A DNA stretch of 64,000 nucleotides from Pirellulaceae bacterium (GCA_041739135.1 JBGSOM010000126.1:486-64485), one strand, 5' to 3'; counted from the stretch's first letter, positions 38,304 to 47,953 are shown. Made by a program: numbers and translations. Notes: generated by a model not told the origin, from the sequence alone.

Positions 38304-39902
38304 ATGAAAACCACCATTCCTATCTCCCGCTTTTTGGCCAGTTTTTTGGTCTGCTTCCTGACCAGCAACTGCTTGACCAGCAACTGCTTGTTAGCAGAGG
38401 TAAAACTGCCTTCGATATTTTCCGATCACATGGTCCTGCAAGCCGACAGAGAAGTGCCGGTCTGGGGAACAGCCGCAGCAAACGAAAAGGTCTCCGTGAC
38501 CGTCGCTGGACAAACGGTGTCGACGCAAGCGGACGCTCAAGGCAAGTGGATGGTCAAGTTGAAAGAGCTGACCGCAGGCACCTCGACGGTTATGAAAGTC
38601 GAAGGCACCAATAAGATCGAGATCCAAGACGTTCTCGTTGGCGAAGTCTGGTTGGGCTCAGGCCAATCGAATATGGCGATGCCCGTCAATGGCGCCAAGG
38701 ATTCAGATCGCGAAATCGCCGCAGCCAAGTTTCCTCAGATCCGCATGTTTCGAGAGATCTCCAGCGGCAGCACAACACCGCAGACGGAATGCCATGGCAA
38801 ATGGTCCGTTTGCGCTCCCGATTCCGTCGGCGCTTTCTCAGCTACGCTGTACTTCTTCGGTCGCGAAATTCATCAGAAACTGAATGTCCCTGTCGGTCTA
38901 ATCAACAGTTCGGCGGGCGGAACAGCGATCGAGTCCTGGGTTTCCGCGAAAGCACAGCGCGCCGAACCCGCACTTCGCCCGTACCTGTCACTGGTTGATA
39001 AACTTCCTGAAGTCGCCACCAACCTCGAACCGGAAACCGATGAACCCAGTTTAGCGCCAGCCGGCCCGACACGCCAAGCAGCTCAGCAAGCCGCGCGGCA
39101 AGCTGCCCGCAAAGCCGCATTGCAAGCGGCTCGCAAAGAACAAAACCAAAAGAAACCCACCGCTAGAGCCTCAACCACTGAAGAGAAGATTGATCGCGAT
39201 GGAGGCCTCGGTGGATTGTTCAACGCAAAAATCCATCCGCTGGTCCCTTTCGCAATCCGCGGAATGCTCTGGTATCAAGGCGAAGCGAACAGCTTCCCGC
39301 AGTCGGCCGACTTCTACCAACATCAATTGCCCTTACTTGTAAAAGATTGGCGCAGTCGATGGGGTTATGATTTCCCAGTTGCTTGGGTTCAGTTGCCAAA
39401 CTACGACGCAAAAGGCAGAGACTGGCCGACCGTTCGCGAAGCCATGTTGAAATCGCTCGCCATCCCTAACACCGGGATGGCGATTGCCATCGATATCGGT
39501 GACAAAAACGATATCCACCCGAAGAACAAACAGGAAGTTGGACGCCGTCTCTCACTTTGGGCACTGGGAAAAGTCTACGAAAAGGAGGTTCCAGCAACCT
39601 CAGGTCCACTGCCCGACGGGCACGAAGTTCGCGGAAGTGAAATCGCAGTTCGCTTCACGCACGCCGAGAAAGGTCTCGAACAACAAGGCACAAACCTGCT
39701 GGGCTTTACGATCGCCGGTAGCGATAGACGCTGGAAGCCAGCCACGGCTCGGATCGAAGGCAACGAAGTCATCGTCTCCAATCCCGATGTTCCGAACCCC
39801 ATCGCTGTCCGCTACGCCTGGGATAATTACCCGTTCTGCAATCTGTATAACAAAGCCGGACTACCCGCCTCCCCCTTCCGCACCGACGAATGGACCCGCT
39901 AG
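38304..39902 (+). CDS. Sialate O-acetylesterase-like SGNH hydrolase (secreted)
   Basis: ATG at 38304 gives the signal peptide MKTTIPISRFLASFLVCFL. GEVWLGSGQSNM (catalytic Ser block), GGTAIESW and MLWYQGEAN blocks. The track ORF (38106) adds 66 implausible residues. Confidence 0.8.
   Translation: MKTTIPISRFLASFLVCFLTSNCLTSNCLLAEVKLPSIFSDHMVLQADREVPVWGTAAANEKVSVTVAGQTVSTQADAQGKWMVKLKELTAGTSTVMKVEGTNKIEIQDVLVGEVWLGSGQSNMAMPVNGAKDSDREIAAAKFPQIRMFREISSGSTTPQTECHGKWSVCAPDSVGAFSATLYFFGREIHQKLNVPVGLINSSAGGTAIESWVSAKAQRAEPALRPYLSLVDKLPEVATNLEPETDEPSLAPAGPTRQAAQQAARQAARKAALQAARKEQNQKKPTARASTTEEKIDRDGGLGGLFNAKIHPLVPFAIRGMLWYQGEANSFPQSADFYQHQLPLLVKDWRSRWGYDFPVAWVQLPNYDAKGRDWPTVREAMLKSLAIPNTGMAIAIDIGDKNDIHPKNKQEVGRRLSLWALGKVYEKEVPATSGPLPDGHEVRGSEIAVRFTHAEKGLEQQGTNLLGFTIAGSDRRWKPATARIEGNEVIVSNPDVPNPIAVRYAWDNYPFCNLYNKAGLPASPFRTDEWTR
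38360..38389 (+). repeat. Perfect 15-bp tandem duplication inside the esterase signal peptide
   Basis: GACCAGCAACTGCTT occurs twice (38360-38374 and 38375-38389), encoding LTSNC-LTSNC. Confidence 0.9.
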
Positions 39903-40114
39903 CCAGCAACTGCTGTGCACCTTCTGATCTCCACCCGCATAGCTTGCCACCTGGTAGTTTAGGCAGATTATCGGGTTGTGCGGATTATTTCGCCAAAATC
40001 GATCGCGCTCAATCCGAAGAATGTGCTGAACACGGAGTGCGATTGGGATCTGGCGGATATGCGGTCCGAGGCACTCGGGAAACAAGCCAACCGATTCTTC
40101 GCTGGAGCACCATC

Positions 40115-41308
40115 ATGGGCGGATTTCGATGGAAATCGTCAGTTAAAAACCTTTTCGCTGTCGCTGGCGTCAGCTTTGCGACAACTCTGCCCGCTCAAGA
40201 AGAACATTTCGCCCCAATTCTGAACGCGGGCAGCTATCAGTCTCAACCCGACGAGCCTGAAAGCTATCAAGACGATTCGGTAGACGCTATCGATATTCCA
40301 ACCGTCTTCGAAGAAACCTTCGATGAGGTTCAACCGGTCAGCTACAGCCAACCTGCCTGCGACACAGCTTGCGATGCAGTGGCCGCTTGCGTTACCGAGT
40401 GCTGCATTCCAAAGTGGGCGCATCGGTCGGGCGGCTTCGGCGAGTTGCTTTACCTCAGCCCCGGCAACTCCGATTTGATTTACGCAAACGAACAAACCGG
40501 TCCCGTCGCAACTGCCTCGCCAACAGGACCGCTGGGGATCAGCAACATCGACGAACACGTTGGCTTCCGCGTCGGCTTCGCAGTCGCACACTCAACCTGC
40601 GGCAGCCTCATCGGCAGCTACACGCGCTGGGACGGCTCCACTTTCAGTACGCTCGACGCAACGGGCAATAACGTTATCAACTCTCGCGTTGGTCACCCAA
40701 GCGTTGATACGACCGGCGCGGCTAGCCTCACTGCAACTGTCGATCAATCAGCCAGTTTCCAATTTGCCGATGCCATGATCCGTCGAGTCTATCGTTCGAA
40801 CGATTGCGGCGCGATCAATTGGAACGCTGGCCTGCGTTACGGCAATCTCGAACAAGGCTTGTCGGTCGATCAAACCATGTCGGTCGCCACCGGTTTGACC
40901 AATGTAAGAACAGACATCGACTTCAATGGCTTCGGGATCCTCGGCGGGTTCGACGGCGAACGTCACAGTTCGCACTCCGGTTTCTTGGTATACGGTAAAG
41001 CCATCGGCAGTCTGCTGGCCGGTGACTGGCAAGCCGACTATCGTCAAACCAATCAGTTCGGTGGCGGAGTTATCGCCACGCACTACGAAGACTACCGCGT
41101 CACTCCTGTCCTTGACACCGAACTCGGTTTCGGTTGGCAAAGCAAAGGCGGACGCCTGCGAGTTACTACCGGCTACCTCTTCAGCACTTGGTTCAACGCC
41201 GTCACCACTCGCGACTACATCGAATCGGTTCGCACAGCCCAAATGCTGAACCTCGATGACAACCTAACGTTCAGCGGCCTCACCTTCCGCACCGAACTCC
41301 GCTTCTAA
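40115..41308 (+). CDS. Outer-membrane beta-barrel protein, BBP7-like
   Basis: ATG at 40115 gives the signal peptide MGGFRWKSSVKNLFAVAGVSFATTLPAQ. Cys-rich N-terminal segment (PACDTACDAVAACVTECCIPKW) is followed by alternating-hydrophobic strands and a terminal ...TFRTELRF with C-terminal Phe. Confidence 0.6.
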   Translation: MGGFRWKSSVKNLFAVAGVSFATTLPAQEEHFAPILNAGSYQSQPDEPESYQDDSVDAIDIPTVFEETFDEVQPVSYSQPACDTACDAVAACVTECCIPKWAHRSGGFGELLYLSPGNSDLIYANEQTGPVATASPTGPLGISNIDEHVGFRVGFAVAHSTCGSLIGSYTRWDGSTFSTLDATGNNVINSRVGHPSVDTTGAASLTATVDQSASFQFADAMIRRVYRSNDCGAINWNAGLRYGNLEQGLSVDQTMSVATGLTNVRTDIDFNGFGILGGFDGERHSSHSGFLVYGKAIGSLLAGDWQADYRQTNQFGGGVIATHYEDYRVTPVLDTELGFGWQSKGGRLRVTTGYLFSTWFNAVTTRDYIESVRTAQMLNLDDNLTFSGLTFRTELRF

Positions 41309-41338
41309 CTGTTGCCTGCTGATCATTGGGTTGAAAGC

Positions 41339-41435
41339 GCCCCAACGGGGCCGCGTCCTACAGCCCAGGGTTGCGAGCGTTAGCGAGCTACCCTGGGTCA
41401 TCGCCTCCCGTTTCTGCCCCAACGGGGCTGCGTCC
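41339..41435. repeat. REP-like intergenic element: two 20-nt direct repeats (each a GCCCC-AAC-GGGGC mini-hairpin) flanking an 8-bp-stem hairpin
   Basis: GCCCCAACGGGGCCGCGTCC (41339-41358) and GCCCCAACGGGGCTGCGTCC (41416-41435) are 19/20 identical. The central hairpin is CCCAGGGT (41364-41371) ... ACCCTGGG (41390-41397). The element lies between convergent genes. Confidence 0.8.
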
Positions 41436-41449
41436 AACCGAGAATTTGC

Positions 41450-44400
41450 TTAGCGTCGTTTCTTCCGCAAACTCTCAATCTCCGAATCGTCCCCGAACTG
41501 CGCGAAGAAATCATCCGCTGCCGCTTCGTACCGCAACGAACTGCGAGACTCACTCGCACTCTCTCCTTCACCGCCGCCCGCACGCCGATTCAACACATTC
41601 ACAACTAGCAACGCATCGAGCGGACTCACCGTGCGATCACCGCTTGAATCCGCTTTGACTTGGCCAATCGTAAAGTAAGCGCGAACCGGATCGTTGGTCG
41701 GCAAGTTACTGAAGTTGTTCAGTACGTTAATCACCAGCAACGCGTCCACCGGACTGATCACGCCATCGCCGTTGATGTCCAGCGGAGCAGCAGTGCGATG
41801 CAACGGATTCGTTTCGTCGTTGCTTGCCGCTACCGGTGGATCAAAGTTCCCGAACACCGGCAACGCCAACTCATCACCGAACTGAGCCGATAGATCATTG
41901 CCGAGCGGCGCTGGACTGAATGAATCGAACACATTCGCCGGATTCGCATTCACTCGATCCGAAACCCAGAAGAAATACTCGCCCGAATTGCGTGGCAATG
42001 TGCCCTGACGATCCTTGGCCCACAAACCGATGTCGTCGATGCCGTCCAAGTTCCAATCGCCTGCAACCGGCCGATCCGTGAAGCCGCTCAAGCCGCCGAA
42101 GCGCCCGAGCTGATCCGAAACGTTCCATGTGAAGTCCGAGTTACCATCGCGATTCGTGTCGAAGATAAACCGATTCGTATCGTTCACAAAAACTGCGAGA
42201 TCATCGTTGCCGTCACCATTGAAGTCACCAACCACCGGCAATCCATTGAAGTTCGATGACAACCGTTCACCTAAATCGATCTGATTGTTGCCGTTCAAAT
42301 CGAGATACCAGTACTGGCCATCAAACAATCCAATCTCGTCACCTGGATGCACAGGATTGAAATCGCCTGCCACAGGGATGCCGTTAACTTGGTACGCAGC
42401 CGGCATCAGCGAAGTGAAGTCACCTACGCCGTCATCATTGGTGTCCAGGATGAAACTGTACTTGCCTGCGAACTTGCCATACGCACCCAGCTTGTCGTAA
42501 CCGCTGGCCGCTACCGCACCAGTCGGCGCGAAGTTACCGGAGAAGTGCGCATCAACCAACTGACCAAACTGGAACGTAAAGTCGCGATTGGTTGCATCGT
42601 TATCTTGCCCCTCAGGATCCCAAACCATGTTGCCGTTGATGTCGACGTAAATCAGCCCTTCACTGATCGAACCAATCTCAGGCCGGCTATCGACAGTGAA
42701 CCGAGCCACGAAGTCGCCACCCGGTTGCCCATCGCCCGACGGAAACGCCGGTCCACCATTCGGCTGCGAGGCATTGCTCTCGCCATCCAGTTTGTTGCCA
42801 ACCGGATCGACGACGTTCTCCTTGATCGTCAACGTAAAGCGATCGTCAGGCAGCGGCTCGAAGAAATCGATCACGATCGAACCCGCTGCAATCGCTCCAT
42901 TGACAACCGGGTCACCAATAAATGTAATCGACTCGATCGCAATAATTCCGCTGTGATCGCCGCGAAGCACAAAGTTTCCTGGCGTCTCAGCCACCGCTTG
43001 CTGAATAGCTGCATACAAGAAATTCGGATCCACATCGCTGCGCGCCGGCAAGTCTTGAATGCGAATCGTCAAACTATCAACTCGCGGCGTTGGCCCTTCA
43101 ACCGAGTTGTCAGGCTTCAGACCAAACAGATTGTAAAGCGGCGATCCGGTGATCTCGACATTAGTAATCTGCGCACCGGCAGTATCCAACATGATGTTCA
43201 GCAGATCCGCCGTAGCATCCGCAGTCACATTACCTGCCAAATCTTCCGCAGTCATATAGATCGAGCGCGGACCATCATGAGCAAACCCCAGATCCGGGTT
43301 GTTCAAGTCCAGCGGTGTCGTAAAGCTCCACATACCTCCAGGGAATTGATTAGCTCCATCTAGCGCTGATGCAACCGTCAATCCTAAGAAGAGATCCGGA
43401 GCAGCCCCACTCGACTGCAATCCAGCAACACCGTTCGTCTCTGCGAATACTCGTACGATTGCATTCGCCTCGGCGTTACCAAAGAACGTCGGCCGCGTAT
43501 CATTCGTCACGCGTTCAACAAACGTTGCTGGATCGCCCGTAACTCCCGAATCATTGCTCGCACTCATCCCTTCACTGATATCTGCCAGATCAATCAGTCC
43601 AAAGAACGCCGCAGGAACTACTGTGTCGACAACGATTTCAAGTGCCGCGCTGCGATCTCCGAAACCGGTCTGCTGAGCCACAGCCGGATCGACCATCTGA
43701 ACTCGCGCCGTCAGGAAGTGCGAACCATCGTTCAGCACCGGAGTTGTGAACTGGTACACTCCAGGTGAAACGAACGTTGCAAAACCGAGTGGCGTTTGCG
43801 GTGCCGTTCCGGTCTGAGTGCCTGGCGCAGGCGAACTACCTTCATCAAAGATCGCCACGCGATAACCTGCCGTACCCGCAGCAGCTTGGAACGGAATCGG
43901 AATCACTTCATCAGGCGGCGAACCAGCCGCATTATTACCTGGCAAGTCATTCAAGAAGATCGCATCATCCAATCGGAACACCAGTGTCGGCGTGTTGTCG
44001 CGTGTCACGTTATCAAACTGACTGCGTCCAGTATCACTGTTCGCTGCCGGCACATCTCCAGCCGGATTGTCTAGCAACTCAAGATTCTGCGGAGTCGGCG
44101 GCGCATAGTTATCAACGGTAATGTTGTAAGCGTTGATCGCCGCACCGTTAGCGAAGACTCGAAGGTAATAAGTTTGCCCAGCGACTGCAGGGATGCGCAC
44201 GCGCTCGTCATCATTCGCGTCATTCACACCGAACCCTGCAATCACATTTCCAGCGGCATCCGTCACTGAAATATCTAAGTTACCGCTGTTCGGTAACCCT
44301 GGCCGACCACTTGCGACCGGTCCAACTTGTCGGAAATAAACTTGGAAGTCCAGCACGCCCGTTGTCTCAGCGACAACGCGATACCAATCTTCATCCGCTG

Positions 44401-47400
44401 GTAATCCAAAGTTCGGATCCACACCTGGATTGATCACTGGGTCAACATTGATCGAATCGCCAGCGCCAAGATGGGTTGCCAATGTACGCGAGTCATTGAA
44501 CTCGTAAGGATCATGCTTGAAGACAACCACATCCCCACCAACTCCCGCGATCGGCTGGGCCACTTCAACGCCGATGAAGTGGACGGTTAGTGGTTCTGCA
44601 TTGCCGGGCCCGACCGACATCGCTCCGCTATCGTCAGTCGTACCACGTTGGTAAAGAATCAAGTCGCCTGTACCAAGATCGACTACTCCCAAACGATCGG
44701 AAACGGCATCATCGCCGCCATCCACATCGACTCGCAAACTGTTCACATTCGCATCCGTGCCCAGCACATCCGCCCACTGAACTCGAATCGTGTCGCTACC
44801 ACTGCCCGCATTCACCAAAACACGTTCAACTGTCCGCATGCCACCGTTTAGAACCAGCGTATCGGTTTCGACAACTCCATTGACCGTTTGAACCAGCGTC
44901 ACATCCGCAGTCTGCGAAATGTCGATAATATCGTTGCCGAGTGTTCCCTCAACTAGGATAGTATCAAAACCAGCGCCGCCATCGAAGGTGTCATTACCTG
45001 TTCCGCCGACAAGCGTATCTTCGCCGTCGTTGCCGAACAGTTGATCATCACCCGCTCCACCTTCAAGATAATCATTCCCACTGCCGCCAATCAAAATTGC
45101 ATCAGCCGAAAGCGTATCGTTGCCCGCTCCACCGGCGAAGGTAATACCAACAATCCCTTCCACTGCCGCACCACTCGAATTGATCGCCTTGATCGAGTCG
45201 TTGCCTTCGTTACCGCGCACCGTCAATCGATCTTCCACAGTGGCTCCAATGATGCGCACATCGTACGGAAGACCGGCGACTCGCAGAACACTTGTTGCGG
45301 GGCTCTCAACTGTCACTGTCAAGTTATCATCTGTCGGGCGACCGTCGATGAAAACGTCATCCGCCGCGTCCGCCGCTTCGATGACGTTGACAACTCGCAA
45401 TTCGGTTGTCGACAAATCGCTAAGACTCGCTGTTGGATCAACGTATGGACTGGTCGGTGCAGTCACAGCACCCGAGTCACCATTGTTCGCACGGCCAACG
45501 ACATAAGCATCCGCACCCGCGTTGCCTTGGACAGTGATCTGATCGATGCCAGCCATATCGATGGTGATGTTGCCCGTGTTGCGGAACAGGATCGCACGCG
45601 ACGGATCACTCAACTTCGCGAATAGATTGAAGACTTCTGCGCCAGCACCTCCAAAGAACATTAGAGCATCTGCATCACCGGCGCCGCCCTCGACTACATC
45701 ACTGCCATCACCTGGTTCCCAAATGAAAAGATCGGAACCTTCCCCGCCATTCAAGAAATCGCTACCCGCATCGTCTGCAACACCATTCGCTACCGCATTC
45801 GGGTTACCAAAAATATCGTTGCCAGCGCCGCCGTATGAGCGATCGGAACCTGCACCGCCGACAAGAATATCATCTCCATCCCCACCTATAAGGTAGTCGT
45901 TACCGCTACCGCCAAACACGGTATCGTTGCCATTCCCAGAATCGATCCACAGAGGAACGCCTGAGATGTCTGCAGCGGCATTTACAAAGTCATTTCCCAA
46001 TCCGGTGGTGATCGTTACATTAGCAAGGCCAGATGCAAGCAGACTATCCAAAAAAATAACTGAATCGTTCGCGAATGCGATGGGACCGTCGTTTGTTGCA
46101 GTGTCTACTCGGAAGTGAACGACATCGAAGAAGGTCAAACTCTCAATCGCAATGTTCCCACTCGTGCCCTCTACGCGGTTTTGATTTGCGGCTGGGCTTG
46201 AAATCGTCAATGCGTCGTTGCTGTTAGGTGTTTCAATCGCGAATTCAAAAAAACCAGACACCAGCACGGGCGCTAGATTCGCAAATTTGATCAACTGTGA
46301 ATCAACCGACACAGTACCACTGCCGGTCAACAACTTATCAGGTCGGTAAATCCCATGAGAATCTCCATTTCCAACAATGATCAGTTCATCATTTGCAAAT
46401 CCACCACCATCAAACTCTATAAGCGGAATAGTCTCACCGCTGACAAAAGAGTTATCAATTGTCAGACTGTCATCTTCACCAAGGCCGTCAATCTTTAAAC
46501 CCTCGGAAGATTCGATAAAGACCGTAGGCATTCCGGGTATAGTAACGAAACCAGAGCCAAGCCCCGAAGGAGAAAAGACTATCGCGTCAGCCTCATCAGT
46601 CCCCGACACCTCGATAGTGTCCGCATCGGAAGAGCCAACTAGTGTCACTGACTCAACCCGACTGCGCGCCCCCGACCAGACAAGTTGGCCATTAATCAAA
46701 ATCTGATATACATCCTCATCTTCAGGATCAAGCTGAGCAGTGATGACATCTGAGACGCCATCATTTCCAAACGGCTGCAAACGCATATCGAGCGTGACAT
46801 TGTCCCTGCTGTTAATAACACTATTTATATCGGCAGCAAAACTCGAGAGTCGCGTTCCGCGATCTAAGTCCCCAAAAGAGTCGCCGCCAAACGATGTCAC
46901 GGCCGCCAATCGTCCGTCAATAAACCAAGGCCCACCGGAATCGCCAGTTCCTGTAATCGCCTCCGAATCGCCAAGTCCCCCCGTGTTGTCGAAGTCATAT
47001 ACAATCACTTCACCGTTTGTGAGCATTGATACAGAATCAATTACATTAAAGCCTATTCGCTTGGTCGCAGAACCACCCTGAATCTCTCCGAGGCCACCTG
47101 TTCCAGTATTACCATATCCTACTAAGGTCACGATTTGACCAACCTCATCGGTCGGAGTGTACAGTCGGTAACGCTCCGCTGGAAATGGCGCAATAGACGG
47201 TAATTCTACAATCGCGTAGTCCGCTCCGTCGCCTGTTACGCCGTTGTAAGCAGATGGTATCGTTAGTGCACCTGCTTGTGTCAGATCAACTGGGAAAACG
47301 TAGTGCTTGTCCGACATTTCAAAGACAATGTGAATCTCATCGACATCCGGAACTCCAGTGTCATCAGTAAAGCAGTGCGCCGCTGATAGAATGTGCCGCC

Positions 47401-47653
47401 CCGAAGTCATTAATGAGCCCGTGCATCCCGAACTCAAAATGGTGTCTGTAGATCTACCGGAAAAGTCAATCGCCACCACACCGTCAAATCCATTTCCTGG
47501 AAAAACGGCTGGAGGAATCTCAAAGGCCCCAAGCACGAAAACTCTGCGCTCCTCCAGCAGTTCCAATTGAAGACGACTTTTTCTCAGCCTGTCGGAAGAG
47601 CGATTCTGCGACCATTTGATCTTTTCGTTACGTTTTCTAGTAAACAGTTTCAT
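41450..47653 (-). CDS. 2,067-aa secreted mosaic protein: trypsin-like serine protease + RTX Ca-binding repeats + PPC-like domain + Ig-like modules + FG-GAP/VCBS repeats + C-terminal double dockerin-type repeat
   Basis: Catalytic triad motifs AAHC (His93), DYAIVEL (Asp145) and GDSGGP (Ser239). GGSGNDYLIGGDGDDILVGGAGSDRSYGGAGND and a second GGxGxD block. EDWYRV...YYLRVF. TRDNTPTLVF. DINGDGVISPVDALLVINVLN and DSSGDRTVSPLDALLVVNVLN. Confidence 0.85.
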   Translation of the reverse strand: MKLFTRKRNEKIKWSQNRSSDRLRKSRLQLELLEERRVFVLGAFEIPPAVFPGNGFDGVVAIDFSGRSTDTILSSGCTGSLMTSGRHILSAAHCFTDDTGVPDVDEIHIVFEMSDKHYVFPVDLTQAGALTIPSAYNGVTGDGADYAIVELPSIAPFPAERYRLYTPTDEVGQIVTLVGYGNTGTGGLGEIQGGSATKRIGFNVIDSVSMLTNGEVIVYDFDNTGGLGDSEAITGTGDSGGPWFIDGRLAAVTSFGGDSFGDLDRGTRLSSFAADINSVINSRDNVTLDMRLQPFGNDGVSDVITAQLDPEDEDVYQILINGQLVWSGARSRVESVTLVGSSDADTIEVSGTDEADAIVFSPSGLGSGFVTIPGMPTVFIESSEGLKIDGLGEDDSLTIDNSFVSGETIPLIEFDGGGFANDELIIVGNGDSHGIYRPDKLLTGSGTVSVDSQLIKFANLAPVLVSGFFEFAIETPNSNDALTISSPAANQNRVEGTSGNIAIESLTFFDVVHFRVDTATNDGPIAFANDSVIFLDSLLASGLANVTITTGLGNDFVNAAADISGVPLWIDSGNGNDTVFGGSGNDYLIGGDGDDILVGGAGSDRSYGGAGNDIFGNPNAVANGVADDAGSDFLNGGEGSDLFIWEPGDGSDVVEGGAGDADALMFFGGAGAEVFNLFAKLSDPSRAILFRNTGNITIDMAGIDQITVQGNAGADAYVVGRANNGDSGAVTAPTSPYVDPTASLSDLSTTELRVVNVIEAADAADDVFIDGRPTDDNLTVTVESPATSVLRVAGLPYDVRIIGATVEDRLTVRGNEGNDSIKAINSSGAAVEGIVGITFAGGAGNDTLSADAILIGGSGNDYLEGGAGDDQLFGNDGEDTLVGGTGNDTFDGGAGFDTILVEGTLGNDIIDISQTADVTLVQTVNGVVETDTLVLNGGMRTVERVLVNAGSGSDTIRVQWADVLGTDANVNSLRVDVDGGDDAVSDRLGVVDLGTGDLILYQRGTTDDSGAMSVGPGNAEPLTVHFIGVEVAQPIAGVGGDVVVFKHDPYEFNDSRTLATHLGAGDSINVDPVINPGVDPNFGLPADEDWYRVVAETTGVLDFQVYFRQVGPVASGRPGLPNSGNLDISVTDAAGNVIAGFGVNDANDDERVRIPAVAGQTYYLRVFANGAAINAYNITVDNYAPPTPQNLELLDNPAGDVPAANSDTGRSQFDNVTRDNTPTLVFRLDDAIFLNDLPGNNAAGSPPDEVIPIPFQAAAGTAGYRVAIFDEGSSPAPGTQTGTAPQTPLGFATFVSPGVYQFTTPVLNDGSHFLTARVQMVDPAVAQQTGFGDRSAALEIVVDTVVPAAFFGLIDLADISEGMSASNDSGVTGDPATFVERVTNDTRPTFFGNAEANAIVRVFAETNGVAGLQSSGAAPDLFLGLTVASALDGANQFPGGMWSFTTPLDLNNPDLGFAHDGPRSIYMTAEDLAGNVTADATADLLNIMLDTAGAQITNVEITGSPLYNLFGLKPDNSVEGPTPRVDSLTIRIQDLPARSDVDPNFLYAAIQQAVAETPGNFVLRGDHSGIIAIESITFIGDPVVNGAIAAGSIVIDFFEPLPDDRFTLTIKENVVDPVGNKLDGESNASQPNGGPAFPSGDGQPGGDFVARFTVDSRPEIGSISEGLIYVDINGNMVWDPEGQDNDATNRDFTFQFGQLVDAHFSGNFAPTGAVAASGYDKLGAYGKFAGKYSFILDTNDDGVGDFTSLMPAAYQVNGIPVAGDFNPVHPGDEIGLFDGQYWYLDLNGNNQIDLGERLSSNFNGLPVVGDFNGDGNDDLAVFVNDTNRFIFDTNRDGNSDFTWNVSDQLGRFGGLSGFTDRPVAGDWNLDGIDDIGLWAKDRQGTLPRNSGEYFFWVSDRVNANPANVFDSFSPAPLGNDLSAQFGDELALPVFGNFDPPVAASNDETNPLHRTAAPLDINGDGVISPVDALLVINVLNNFSNLPTNDPVRAYFTIGQVKADSSGDRTVSPLDALLVVNVLNRRAGGGEGESASESRSSLRYEAAADDFFAQFGDDSEIESLRKKRR

Positions 47654-47953
47654 AACTGACTCTCAATGATGGGTGTCTAGATTGCTTGTTTGGTACTTCG
47701 TGGCACCGCGTAAGAAGGGATTTAGCTCCCAAAGCATGTGCGTGCGGGTACCGGGCACGCGCAAGGATTGCGAGTCGCGAACATTCCACTGTTGACTGGC
47801 CGTTTACCGCCTCGAAGCGCTGCTAATCTAGGTCAAATCAGCCGCCGGGGAAGACTAGGCTAGCTTGGAAAGAACTCAAGCAAGATAGACAAAACCGTCA
47901 TCAGACGCAAGAATTCAATCAAAATTTATGCTCGAATCAAAGGAACTAAACAC

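Noticed and set aside
39006-39205. Ala/Gln/Lys-rich stretch (QAAQQAARQAARKAALQAARKEQ) in the SGNH esterase, considered as an inserted element
   Set aside because: It falls in the linker between the GQSNM and WYQGE blocks, where homologues I remember also carry variable low-complexity segments. Nothing indicates a mobile or functional insertion.
42347-43363. 338-aa plus-strand ORF antisense to the giant protein gene, plus several shorter ones between 41660 and 47570
   Set aside because: It lies antisense to a strongly supported, repeat-rich CDS. The product is low-complexity (R/I/N-rich) without a start context or motifs. I treat it as a shadow ORF.
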